Below are positions 1 through 10,430 of a DNA stretch of 64,000 nucleotides, piece after piece. The stretch covers positions 832,001-896,000 of the forward strand of contig CP084167.1 of the NCBI GenBank assembly GCA_021513715.1, given 5' to 3'. The position numbers and the translations under genes were made by a program. Positions within the stretch are counted from its first letter, which is position 1; each line of letters opens with the position of its first letter. The notes under the pieces are model-generated. The model searched no databases and was not told where the DNA came from. It saw only the letters and a program-made list of their open reading frames with translations. This DNA is from Candidatus Heimdallarchaeum endolithica. Its GTDB lineage: Archaea; Asgardarchaeota; Heimdallarchaeia; Heimdallarchaeales; Heimdallarchaeaceae.

Positions 1-2
1 CA

Positions 3-428
3 ATAATTAGCGGAGAAACAGGAGAAGAACTTACTACTGAAACTGACAAACGAACTGCGATCATTGCAGATGTTTTTACAGAACCAAACAGCGGACAAGT
101 ACTAGAAGTTGGAGTGGGTAACCCTTACTTAATTTATGTTGTTGTTCAAGATCATAAAGGAAAACTTTACCTTACCAGAGGAGTAACCTTTTCTTATTAT
201 GAGTTCAAACAACCCATGAACAACAGATTAACAGATGAAGAATGGCAAGAAATGTTAGAAACTTCTCCTCCTGAATTACCAGAATGGATAAGAGAAAATC
301 TGCCTTTAACAACAATCGAAGATAACGGAAACAATGTGAAAATGATACAAATGCAATGTGTTCCAAAAACTTTAGAACAAAGTAATGTAAAAAGAATAAA
401 AATAATCATTCTTTACAATAAAAAATAA
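3..428 (+). CDS. DUF3160-family protein, 3' fragment (gene starts before the window)
   Basis: The frame is open from position 3 (IISGETGEELTTETDKRTAIIADVFTEPNSGQVLEVGVGNP...). It is nearly identical to the C-terminus of 583..2850; the ORF-track start at 114 is an internal GTG. Confidence 0.85.
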   Translation: MISGETGEELTTETDKRTAIIADVFTEPNSGQVLEVGVGNPYLIYVVVQDHKGKLYLTRGVTFSYYEFKQPMNNRLTDEEWQEMLETSPPELPEWIRENLPLTTIEDNGNNVKMIQMQCVPKTLEQSNVKRIKIIILYNKK

Positions 429-440
429 CTACATAGATAT

Positions 441-493
441 TTCTTCTTTTTTCTTTTTGGTTTTTCTTTGATTTTTTTTTAACTTTTTTGTTT
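441..493 (+). terminator. T-rich archaeal terminator-like tract
   Basis: Several oligo-T runs directly after the stop at 428. Confidence 0.45.
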
Positions 494-582
494 GAAATAA
501 AAGTTTTGGAAACATTGTACTAGGCTTTGAACATTATCGTTCTCGTTCTAGTTTTATAAGTGTCAATGGGTAATATTATACG

Positions 583-2850
583 ATGAAAATGAATATAAAA
601 AAACCAATCATCTCATATGTAATTATCGGAATAGTAGTTAGTTCTAGCATAATTGGAGGGTTTTTTCTAATAAAAAACCTCACTCAAAATAACAACACTG
701 TAATTCAACAGCAGATACCATTATCTATTAACTCATCTTTTGCTACATTTAATCTACAAGGATTAAATTATACTCCTTCAATTGTACCAACAAATATCAA
801 GAAGGGTTTGAATAATGTAAATCTACAAGGATTAGATAAGGAGTTAACTCCTGAAATAATAGAAAAATTAGAAGAATATGGTTTCGCTCTTGTAGATAAA
901 GGAATTGAGGACATTTATAAACCTGTAGACTTTGATATGAATACTGAGACTCCTATGTATGTTACTACTGATCTATGTCTTCATACTCTTCATTCGTTAT
1001 TTGATATCTATCTACGAATATTGGAATATTATTACTTTAATGAGAATTTTACGACGATGATAAGTGCTTTAAGAGAACATCAAATTAGTATGTACAAATC
1101 CTCTTCATTAGATCAATCTCTCAAGCCTATTTTAGAGAAAAATATTGCTTATTTAACTGTGATCTTAAGGCTCCTTGACAACCAAACATCTATTCCTAAT
1201 TGTGTAAAAGACATAGTAGAAAGTGAATTAGGAAAAATTAACACTGGAATACCTGATTATTCTTCTATTTTCGGTTATTTAGAAGACTTTTCACAATACA
1301 AACCCAGAGGACATTATACTAGAAGTGAAAAATTAGCAAATTATTTCCAAGCGATGATGTATGCAGGAAGAATGAAATTCATCTTGGATGACAAAACAGA
1401 AGAGAATAACTTAGGAATTGAACAAACAAAGATGGCTTTACTATTAGTTTACACTTTTTCTGCAGAGATAGATGATCAAATAATCTGGGATTACTGGGAT
1501 AAAATAGTTAGGACAACTAATTTTCTTGTGGGTGTAAGTGATGACCTTACTCCAAAAGAATACTTTGAAGTATGGTTAAATCAGACAGAGGAACACATTG
1601 AACTATCTTCACTAACTGATGATGAACTTGTAAAGAATATTATTAATAAACTACAAGAACTGAAAGAACCAAAAATAAATTCGAGGTTTACAGCAACTTT
1701 TGAAGGAGAAGAGAACTCAGAAAAAGGAATGAGCTTATTTGGTCAAAGTTATACTCCAGATGCATATATTTTCCAAGAACTAGTTTATGACAATTTACCT
1801 TCTCGAATGTTTCCAAAGGGTTTAGACATCTTCTCTGTTTTTGGAAGTAAAAGAGCAGAATATCACCTAGCTTCTGAAAAAGAGTATGAAGGATATACAG
1901 AAAAAATAAATGAATTACGAGATGAATTCAGTAATTTATCTTTTAGCGACTGGACGCAGAATTTCTACTGGCAATGGCTTTTTACCTTACTTCCTTTACT
2001 TAAAGAGAAAGGAGAAGGATACCCTGGTTACATGCAAAGCGATGCTTGGACAGATAAGTCATTAATGACAGCTTTAGCTTCATGGGCTGAATTAAAACAT
2101 GATACTATTCTCTACTCTAAACAAGCATACGCAGTTATGGGTCTCACAAAAAGTATCTACCATTATTTAGAACCCTATCCTGAGGTTTACTCAAGAATAG
2201 CGGCGACTGTATCTATGCTTAAAGAAGGTTTAGAAAAAAGAGGGTTGCTATATTCTGATGAAAATAATAACTTTGAATCAAAGTTTAATGAATTTATATC
2301 TATCATGAATAACTTAACAGAGATAAGTATTAAAGAATTAGAAAATAAACCCTTAAACTCAGAAGACCTATCATTTATTCAAATGACAGGAAAAAGATTG
2401 CTATATACAACTATTATTTATGGTAAAGAAAACGAAGAAATAACTTCAGAAACAGATAAACGAACTGCAATTATTACAGATGTTTTTACAGAACCAAACA
2501 GTGAGCAAGTTCTAGAAGTAGGAGTGGGTAACCCTTTCATAATTTATGTTGTTGTTCAAGATCATAAAGGAAAGCTTTACCTTACCAGAGGAGTAACCTT
2601 TTCTTATTATGAGTTCAAACAACCTATGAATAACAGATTAACTGACGAGGAATGGCAAGAAATGTTAGAAACTTCTCCTCCAGATTTGCCTGAATGGATA
2701 CAACAAAATTTGCCTATTGTCCAAATCGAAAACAATGAAGTACAAGTTAAACAATTAGCTCTACAAACATCAGATATTCAAATAAAGATAAAAAAGGTTA
2801 GAAATTTAGGAGATAATTATTGGAATTATGCTATAGAAAGACACGACTGA
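583..2850 (+). CDS. DUF3160-family membrane-anchored/exported protein
   Basis: N-terminal TM helix; motifs EDFSQYKPRGHYT, YFQAMMY, LASWAELKHDTILYSKQ, G.TFSYYEF and RLTDEEWQ. Confidence 0.85.
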   Translation: MKMNIKKPIISYVIIGIVVSSSIIGGFFLIKNLTQNNNTVIQQQIPLSINSSFATFNLQGLNYTPSIVPTNIKKGLNNVNLQGLDKELTPEIIEKLEEYGFALVDKGIEDIYKPVDFDMNTETPMYVTTDLCLHTLHSLFDIYLRILEYYYFNENFTTMISALREHQISMYKSSSLDQSLKPILEKNIAYLTVILRLLDNQTSIPNCVKDIVESELGKINTGIPDYSSIFGYLEDFSQYKPRGHYTRSEKLANYFQAMMYAGRMKFILDDKTEENNLGIEQTKMALLLVYTFSAEIDDQIIWDYWDKIVRTTNFLVGVSDDLTPKEYFEVWLNQTEEHIELSSLTDDELVKNIINKLQELKEPKINSRFTATFEGEENSEKGMSLFGQSYTPDAYIFQELVYDNLPSRMFPKGLDIFSVFGSKRAEYHLASEKEYEGYTEKINELRDEFSNLSFSDWTQNFYWQWLFTLLPLLKEKGEGYPGYMQSDAWTDKSLMTALASWAELKHDTILYSKQAYAVMGLTKSIYHYLEPYPEVYSRIAATVSMLKEGLEKRGLLYSDENNNFESKFNEFISIMNNLTEISIKELENKPLNSEDLSFIQMTGKRLLYTTIIYGKENEEITSETDKRTAIITDVFTEPNSEQVLEVGVGNPFIIYVVVQDHKGKLYLTRGVTFSYYEFKQPMNNRLTDEEWQEMLETSPPDLPEWIQQNLPIVQIENNEVQVKQLALQTSDIQIKIKKVRNLGDNYWNYAIERHD

Positions 2851-3763
2851 ACTCACCTAAAGGATCAGTGATTCCTTCAGATTTTCTAACTACAATAACC
2901 ATTTTTCTTATTCCCATCTCCTCTACTTTTTCAATCTTAACTTTTATATCATCTAGAAAGCCTATAAATTGATTATCTAAAATTTCCTCTTTACTTTTTC
3001 TTTTTTCTTCAGGAACTCTTTTATTTATTTTTTCTATTAATTTATCAAGTGATTCTTGACTATTTACCAAGGTGACAGTATTAAATAGTGATATTTCAAA
3101 ATCATCAAGATTTCTGTTATAATGTTCTAATCTCTTATTTATATAATGTATTTTTTCTTCTAATTCAGTAAGAGGTACATAGGGGAGATTTATTCCATCT
3201 GCTTCTCTACACGCAATATCAATCATTCTTTTTCCTGAAGAGCCAAGAACAATTTGAGGATAAGGCTTTTGAATAGGCTTAGGAAAATTTCTATTACGCT
3301 CTAGTTTCCAGAATTTACCGCTAAAATCAGTAACATCTTCAGTAAACAATTTTTTATAAATTGTAAGTGATTCTTCTAACTGATCAACTCTCTCTTTTGG
3401 TGAGGGAAAGGGATAACCATAAGCTTTGTATTCTTCTTCATACCACCCTGCACCTAACCAAAGAAGAGCTCTTCCTTCACTTATATGATCAAGAGTAGAG
3501 ATACATTTAGCAAGATAAGCAGGATTTCTGAAAGAATTACAAATAACAGTATGACCTAATTTCAATTTTTTAGTTTCTACTGCTAAAGCAGTCATAAGCA
3601 TTATCGCTTCTAAATAAGGTTCTTTTTTATCCTGTTTTTCATCAAAACCAATTAAATGATCATTAACGTGGATAGAGTCATACCCTAACCCTTCTACACG
3701 AATTGCAAGATCTCTAATCTGAGGATAAAGAAGAGGTCCTCTAATATAATAACCAAATTTCAT
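2831..3763 (-). CDS. LLM-class (luciferase-like) flavin/F420-dependent oxidoreductase
   Basis: Motifs GYDSIHVNDH, FRNPAYLAK..STLDHISEGR and LGAGWYEEEY.AYG. Confidence 0.9.
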   Translation of the reverse strand: MKFGYYIRGPLLYPQIRDLAIRVEGLGYDSIHVNDHLIGFDEKQDKKEPYLEAIMLMTALAVETKKLKLGHTVICNSFRNPAYLAKCISTLDHISEGRALLWLGAGWYEEEYKAYGYPFPSPKERVDQLEESLTIYKKLFTEDVTDFSGKFWKLERNRNFPKPIQKPYPQIVLGSSGKRMIDIACREADGINLPYVPLTELEEKIHYINKRLEHYNRNLDDFEISLFNTVTLVNSQESLDKLIEKINKRVPEEKRKSKEEILDNQFIGFLDDIKVKIEKVEEMGIRKMVIVVRKSEGITDPLGEFSRVFL

Positions 3764-3857
3764 ATTGAAACATAGAAAAATGGATATTTAACAATTTACT
3801 TTCAGCCTTTTTTCTAAATCATAGTATTAAGGCTTAAAACGTTATTTCCTTTATAAT

Positions 3858-3904
3858 TTGAAAAAATAACATTTAAATAATTTCATTTGCTTAGTTATTA
3901 TATG
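3858..3904 (+). promoter_or_regulatory. BRE/TATA promoter of the first SBP gene, probably leaderless
   Basis: GAAAAAA, then TTTAAATA (3872-3879), then ATG at 3902. The same block with identical spacing precedes the paralog (5740-5786). Confidence 0.65.
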
Positions 3905-5679
3905 AATATAAAAAAAAACAAATAATAGAATTATTTATGTTTTTTAGCTTATTTTTATGTTCAAGTTCAATATCAGCTGATACACAACCTATTCTCTTCG
4001 ACATAACGATCATTTCTCCAAACTCTGGTTCAGCAAGAAGCCAATGGCCAAAATTATTAGATCAGACCTTACCCCAAATAGGAATAAACGTTACTCATAT
4101 CTATGAAGGTTGGAATTTTATCTCTGAAAGAACATGGAATTATCCAGTTGACGAAGAAGGATATGAAGATCACATACCATCCTATAAAGAAGGAGGGTAT
4201 GATATACTTACAATTGGATGGGGGTGGGATTTTGATTGGGATCCAACGGGAATATTAGATTCAACTTCAATTGTCCCAAATGGATATAACTTTTACCAGT
4301 ATAACAGCTCAGAGTTTGACAACATTCTAGAAGAATACTTATCTGAGTTTGAGATATCAAAAAGAATAGAAAAAGCAAAGGAGCTTCAATCAATATTATA
4401 TAATGACTTACCTGCGATTACTGTTTTTTACCCGAGGGAAAAAAGTTTCAATTTACCTGGAGTCTCCAATGTTGATTTTGAATTACTAGACCAAGGTATT
4501 CCTCGAACTGAATATTGGAAAAACAGTGAAAAAGACAATATAACATATATGACATATTATGATTTTTATTCTCCTAACTTGTTTCTAAAAGACACTCATA
4601 TTGAAGAAATGATGGGTAACATTATTTTTTATGGACTTTTTGAGAGAGCACAAAATACACATTTGTATGAACCAGTTATTGCTCAAAATTATTCTATATC
4701 AGAAGATAAGAAAACAATTATTGTGGACATAAACCCTGATGCTTATTTTAGTAATGGAGATCCTGTAACTGCTTATGATGTAGATTTTAGTTATGAATTG
4801 TTTATGACCCCTGGAGTGCGTGATTACCTTTATTCATATTACAATATTTATGATTTACTAACAACATACTTTGAAAACAATGATAGTATTCGAGCTATAG
4901 ATGAGGATACTGTTCAATTCGAATTCAAAGAACCTTACATTTTCTGGCCATATTTATTAAGCATTGATATTGTAAACAAGAAGTTATTTGAAGAATATAT
5001 TGAAGATAATGGTTACAACTTTGATACTAATAATCAAACATTGTTTATTGGAGCAGGTCCATTCACCCTAAATGTTACTGAAGACTATGATTTAGAAAAT
5101 CAGACAGTAACTTTTCATAAAAATGAATACTGGAAATTAACTGATAAAATCAATCTTGATTCTATTATCTTTCAATGTAAAATCTATAGTAACGATGCAA
5201 CAGATAAAATTGAAAATAAAGAAATAGATATCATTGATGATCTTTACAGATATTTAGATATACTAGTAAACAACACAGAGTGGGAAAGTACAGAAATTAG
5301 AACAACAGGATACGCAGAATTAACGATCAACATGTTTCATCCAATTTTAGGAACAGGAGAACTTACACCTCTTGGAACTGCAGAAGCAGCTAATAATGTC
5401 AGAAGAGCAATAAGCCATTCTATAAATAGAGAACAAATTATAGAAGAAGTGTTAGAAGGGCTAGGTAAACCAGGAGTTGTACCTTTCTCAGAATTGTGTA
5501 TAGGTTTTGATACAACTCTTACTCCTTACTCCTACAATATCACATTAGCTAAATCGCTAATGGAAGAAGCAGGATACAGTTTTGAACAAACAACACCAGA
5601 AGAAACAGCTTATTCTTTAGCCTTTATTCTTTCTTTACTTGGAGTTACAATTGCAATATCTAAAAAAACTAAAAAATAA
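3902..5679 (+). CDS. ABC transporter substrate-binding protein, family 5 (OppA/DppA-like), circularly permuted; 1-nt frameshift near the 5' end (intact ORF 3937..5679)
   Basis: Motifs FSNGDPVTAYDVDFS, GAGPF, VRRAISHSINRE and AKSLMEEAG; C-terminal TM plus basic tail. The ATG equivalent to the paralog's start is at 3902, one base out of frame. Confidence 0.85.
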
Positions 5680-5739
5680 TTTTTCTCTTTTCTTGCAAAA
5701 CAAACTTTAAAGACTTAAAACTTTATTTTTTTTGTGCTT

Positions 5740-5786
5740 TTGAAAAAATAACATTTAAATAATTTCGTTTACTTAGTTACTGTATG
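5740..5786 (+). promoter_or_regulatory. BRE/TATA promoter of the second SBP gene
   Basis: TTTAAATA at 5754-5761, beginning 30 nt before ATG 5784; duplicate of 3858-3904. Confidence 0.65.
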
Positions 5787-7559
5787 AAAATAAAAAAAAA
5801 CCATATAAAAGAACTAACAATATTTTTTAGTTTATTTTTGAGTTTAAGTTTAATATCAGCAGATACAGCGCCCATTTTTTTCGATATAACAATCATTTCT
5901 CCCAACACTTGTCCAGCACGAAACCAATGGGAACCTCTATTAGATCAGATCTTACCACAAATAGGAATAAATGTTACTCATGAATATGTACATTGGGGTT
6001 TTATCTCTGAAAGAACATGGAATTATCCAGTAGGTGAAGAAGGATATGAAGATCATATACCATCCTATGAAAAAGGAGGATATGACATACTTACAATTGG
6101 ATGGGGGTGGGATTTTGATTGGGATCCAACAGGACTATTCGATTCAGCTTCAATTGTCCCAAATGGAGATAACCTTTACCAGTATAACAGTTCAGAATTT
6201 GACAATACTCTAGAAGAATATTTATCAGAGTTTGAACTCTCAAAAAGAATAGAAAAAGCAAAGGAACTTCAATCTATATTATACAATGACTTACCTGCGA
6301 TTACTGTTTTTTACCCGAGGGAAAAAAGTTTCTATTTACCTGGAGTCTCTAACGTTGATTTTGAATTACTATACCAAAGTATTCCTAGAACTGAATATTG
6401 GAAAAACAGTGAAAAGAATAATATAACATATATGACATATTATGATTTTAATTCTCCTAACTTGTTTCTAAAAGACAATTATATTGAAGAAATAATGGGT
6501 AACATTATTTTCTATGGACTTTTTGAGAGAGCACAAAATACACATTTATACGAACCAGTTATTGCTCAGAATTATTCTATATCAGAAGATAAGAAAACAA
6601 TTATTGTGGACATAAACCCTGATGCTTATTTTAGTAATGGAGATCCTGTAACTGCTTATGATGTAGATTTTAGTTATGAATTATTTATGACACCTGGAGT
6701 ACGTGATGACCCTTATTCATATTACGATACTTATGATTTACTAACAACTTACTTTGAGAACAATGATAGTATTAAAGCGATTGACGATAATACTGTTCAA
6801 TTAGAATTTAAAAAGCCCTATGTTTTCTGGCAAGACTTGCTAAGTATTGATATTGTAAACAAGAAGTTATTTGAAGAATATATTGAAGATAATGGTTATA
6901 ACTTTGATACTAATAACCAATCATTGTTTATTGGAGCAGGACCATTCACCCTAAATGTTACTGAAGATTATGATTTAGAAAATCAGACAGTAACTTTCCA
7001 TAAAAATGAATATTGGAAATTAACTGAAACAGTTGAACTTGATTCTATAATCTTTTTATGTGAGATTGGCACTAACGATGCAACAGATAAAATTGAAAAC
7101 AAAGAAATAGATATTGCAGATACATTATTCAGATTTTTAGATATACTAGAGAACAACACAGAATGGGAAAGTACAGAAATTAGAACAGGAACACAAACAG
7201 AATTAACGATCAACATGCGTCATCCAATTTTAGGAACAGGAGAACTTACACCTCTCGGAACTGCAGAAGCAGCTAATAATATCAGAAGAGCAATAAGCCA
7301 TTCTATAAATAGAGAGCAACTAATTGAAGAAGTACTAGACGGAATAGGAAAACCGGGAGTTGTTCCTTACCCAGAATTGTGTATAGGCTTCGACACTAGC
7401 CTATCTCCTTACTCCTATAATATCACATTAGCTAAATCGCTAATGGAAGAAGCAGGATACAGTTTTGAACAAACAACACCAGAAGAAACAGCTTACCCAG
7501 TAGCATTTATTCTCTCTTTACTTGGAATCACAATAATTTTTTCTAAAAGGTCTAGATAA
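5784..7559 (+). CDS. ABC transporter substrate-binding protein, family 5, tandem paralog
   Basis: Signal peptide, the same motifs and high identity to 3937..5679. Confidence 0.9.
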   Translation: MKIKKNHIKELTIFFSLFLSLSLISADTAPIFFDITIISPNTCPARNQWEPLLDQILPQIGINVTHEYVHWGFISERTWNYPVGEEGYEDHIPSYEKGGYDILTIGWGWDFDWDPTGLFDSASIVPNGDNLYQYNSSEFDNTLEEYLSEFELSKRIEKAKELQSILYNDLPAITVFYPREKSFYLPGVSNVDFELLYQSIPRTEYWKNSEKNNITYMTYYDFNSPNLFLKDNYIEEIMGNIIFYGLFERAQNTHLYEPVIAQNYSISEDKKTIIVDINPDAYFSNGDPVTAYDVDFSYELFMTPGVRDDPYSYYDTYDLLTTYFENNDSIKAIDDNTVQLEFKKPYVFWQDLLSIDIVNKKLFEEYIEDNGYNFDTNNQSLFIGAGPFTLNVTEDYDLENQTVTFHKNEYWKLTETVELDSIIFLCEIGTNDATDKIENKEIDIADTLFRFLDILENNTEWESTEIRTGTQTELTINMRHPILGTGELTPLGTAEAANNIRRAISHSINREQLIEEVLDGIGKPGVVPYPELCIGFDTSLSPYSYNITLAKSLMEEAGYSFEQTTPEETAYPVAFILSLLGITIIFSKRSR

Positions 7560-7703
7560 CTTTTTTCTTTTTTAGATCAATTTTTGAGTTCTCACGTAGT
7601 CCTGTCCTTCGATAATCAAAGAATTGTAGTATAACCATTATTGATTAATTTAACAAGCTACCTACAATTACATTTTTATTTTTTATGCTTTTTAATCTTT
7701 AAT

Positions 7704-8300
7704 TTAATGCTTTGCTTTTTTCTTAATTATCACACCTATTATTGGCAAAGAAGCACCACATAACACACCAATGAGAACAGCAAGTACATAACCAAGGGTT
7801 GTTAAAAACTGGTTAGAAATTATGAAAATGGAACTTAACACAAGAAATGGTATCATTAAAAAAGCTGTAACTGCTCCAGGGTTATAGCCTTTGACCTTTT
7901 TCTGAAATACTAAAAGGTGCCCAACTATATTTACAACGTTAAAAATAATCATCGCAAAGCCAAGCCAAGGAGCAATAGAACTAATCAATGCAGCAAAAAC
8001 AAAAATAGCCCAAACACCCAAATTTATCACAACCACCACAACATCATTTATAGGTTCAAAACCAGAAGAATCTTCAACAGCAAAAACAGTTTTATAATTA
8101 ATAAATTGTTTAAAACCACCAGGAAAAACATACTCTTCAAATTCGTGAAGCATTAAAACTGCTAAATTCAGCCAATAAAGTAAAGAGAGCTTGTTGGTAA
8201 GACTGCTATTTTTCCAAAGAAAAATAACTATAAAAATAATAACGATTGCAAAAAATCCTCCCACCTTTGGCCAAATTGTGTTAAATTTTTTAAGTTTCAT
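7704..8300 (-). CDS. HXXEE-domain membrane protein
   Basis: LHEFEEYVFPGGF and YNPG motifs; about 6 TM helices. Confidence 0.85.
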   Translation of the reverse strand: MKLKKFNTIWPKVGGFFAIVIIFIVIFLWKNSSLTNKLSLLYWLNLAVLMLHEFEEYVFPGGFKQFINYKTVFAVEDSSGFEPINDVVVVVINLGVWAIFVFAALISSIAPWLGFAMIIFNVVNIVGHLLVFQKKVKGYNPGAVTAFLMIPFLVLSSIFIISNQFLTTLGYVLAVLIGVLCGASLPIIGVIIKKKAKH

Positions 8301-8532
8301 AAGGATTTTAATAAAAAAGGTTATTTAAAGATTCTTTATTGAAAAAATTTTGTAATTTGCAAAGCCGTAGTGCTTGAATCAACACTAATTAGGAGTTCAA
8401 AAAAACTATAAATGTTTTTCTAATAATCTCTACATATATGAGTCCGAGTTGAGAAATAGGAGAAAAACAGTTTATAAAATATTTTTTTTATTTAACAATT
8501 TAAAAAAAAGAAAAAAAAAGAAAAATAAGAAA

Positions 8533-10350
8533 TTATAATCTCCTCTTAAAGAAGTCTAAAAATAATTTTAGCGTTCTAATTCTCATATTTATGTCAGAGT
8601 AAGCTCCATGTCCTTCTTCTTCGAATTCTACATATTCAAAGGTTTTGTCTCCTTCTTTTCCTTCCTTCCATCCTAGTTCAATAAGTTTGTCTCTGAATTG
8701 TCTGCTCTCTTCAACAGGACATCTAGGATCGTTCACACCATGTATCATCTGTATAGGAGCTTTGATTTTTTCAATATGTGTTAAAGCTGATCTATCTTCC
8801 CATAATTCTTTATTTTCTTCATATGTTCCCATGTGTTGATTAAGGAAAAACTTGAAATGTGGTTGAGATTTATCATACATTGTTTTTAGATGTGATATAC
8901 CTATCCAAGCTGAACCTGCTTTCCATCCTGCGTCTGCATATTTTGTTAATTGCAAGAAAGTCATATATCCTCCATAAGATCCACCGAAAACACCTATTTT
9001 TTCAGGGTCGACGTATTCTAGCTTTTCTAGATATTTTTTGGCGTAAACAACATCTTGTGCATCTCCTCCACCCCAATCCATTAGATTCATTTCTTGAAAC
9101 TTCTTTCCATAACCTGTACTTCCTCTAATATTTGGACACAGAATTACAAATCCTTCATGTGCAAAAACTTGAGACATAATATCAAACATTCTATAATATT
9201 GCCCTGTAGGTCCTCCATGCACATGTACCAAAGCAGGATATTTCTTTCCTTTTTCCAACTTTGGTGTAGTAAGAGTAGCTGCAATTTCTATTCCATCAAA
9301 GGATGGATATTTGATATATTTCATATCATAGAAGTCTTCTTCTGTAAGATCAGTTTGAGGAGGAATAATTATCTTTTCTTCATCAGTTTCTAAATTATAT
9401 ATTGCTAGGCTTGTAGGCATTTTGGGTGCACTTCTGAGATAAATCAGATATTTATCGTTTAGAGCAAATTGAGTATAGTAAGCTATTCCTTCAAAGTTTA
9501 GTTCTTTTTTTTCTCCAGTCTCTAAATCGTAGATTATAGGTCTCATTTCTGCTTCTTTATTTTGAAGGACTACTAGTTTCTTTCCATCTTTTGAGAACTC
9601 TACTGCGAATTCTTCATATTTTCCATCACTTAACCATTTTACTTCTTTTGTTACTGTGTCAAATATTCCCGCTTGGCTTACTCCACTATTGTCACTTGTA
9701 ACAGCCAAATAGCGCCCATCTTCAGAAATATCAGAAAATTGATCATTAGAAGCATCAGAAACTCTAAATACTAAGTCTGTCTCGCTTCCATCTTCTTTAA
9801 TTGCCCAAACATCTGAATTTTTTATATTATAGGTGTCATTGAAATTATAGTAAACCCACCCATTTTTACTCCAACTAGCTTTTCCCCAAGTAGGTTTATC
9901 ATGAGCTGTCAACTGCTTAATTTCTTTACACTCTATATCCATGATAAACAAGTTAAGTTGACCATTCCTTGTTGAAGCAAAAAGAAGACTCTTTCCATCA
10001 GGACTTATTTCATGTGGATATTCTTGAGCTTCTGGGGTTTTTGTTAATTGAATGCTTTCTTTTGTTTCAATATTAAATAGGAAAATGTCGTGCATTTCAT
10101 TTCCATCTTTATCTCTTGTATAAGTGATATGTTTACTATCTTGTAACCATACATATCCTGCACGAATAGCTCGAGGAAGTTCTCCTTCTGTCACTTGCTT
10201 ATAATCTAACGATTCTAAATCTAAAATATAAAATTCATTTCTTTTTGTCTTATTCCAATAAAAACCAAGCAAATTCTTTTCTTTATTTGTTTTTAACATC
10301 ATCATGCTTGGTATTGAAGCTAACTTTTCTACAGTAATTTCTTTGGTCAT
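8533..10350 (-). CDS. S9-family serine peptidase (acylaminoacyl/dipeptidyl peptidase-like)
   Basis: N-terminal beta-propeller; HGGP, RGSTGYG, GGSYGG nucleophile, HG.ND.RC and EGHG. Confidence 0.95.
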   Translation of the reverse strand: MTKEITVEKLASIPSMMMLKTNKEKNLLGFYWNKTKRNEFYILDLESLDYKQVTEGELPRAIRAGYVWLQDSKHITYTRDKDGNEMHDIFLFNIETKESIQLTKTPEAQEYPHEISPDGKSLLFASTRNGQLNLFIMDIECKEIKQLTAHDKPTWGKASWSKNGWVYYNFNDTYNIKNSDVWAIKEDGSETDLVFRVSDASNDQFSDISEDGRYLAVTSDNSGVSQAGIFDTVTKEVKWLSDGKYEEFAVEFSKDGKKLVVLQNKEAEMRPIIYDLETGEKKELNFEGIAYYTQFALNDKYLIYLRSAPKMPTSLAIYNLETDEEKIIIPPQTDLTEEDFYDMKYIKYPSFDGIEIAATLTTPKLEKGKKYPALVHVHGGPTGQYYRMFDIMSQVFAHEGFVILCPNIRGSTGYGKKFQEMNLMDWGGGDAQDVVYAKKYLEKLEYVDPEKIGVFGGSYGGYMTFLQLTKYADAGWKAGSAWIGISHLKTMYDKSQPHFKFFLNQHMGTYEENKELWEDRSALTHIEKIKAPIQMIHGVNDPRCPVEESRQFRDKLIELGWKEGKEGDKTFEYVEFEEEGHGAYSDINMRIRTLKLFLDFFKRRL

Positions 10351-10430
10351 TTTATCACCTTGTTAAAATATTTTTTTTAACCTTAACTCTCTTTTAATAC
10401 TTATATATTTTAGCTTTTAACTATAAAATT

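Noticed and set aside
114-428. Independent 104-aa protein
   Set aside because: It is the tail of a longer DUF3160 gene starting before the window.
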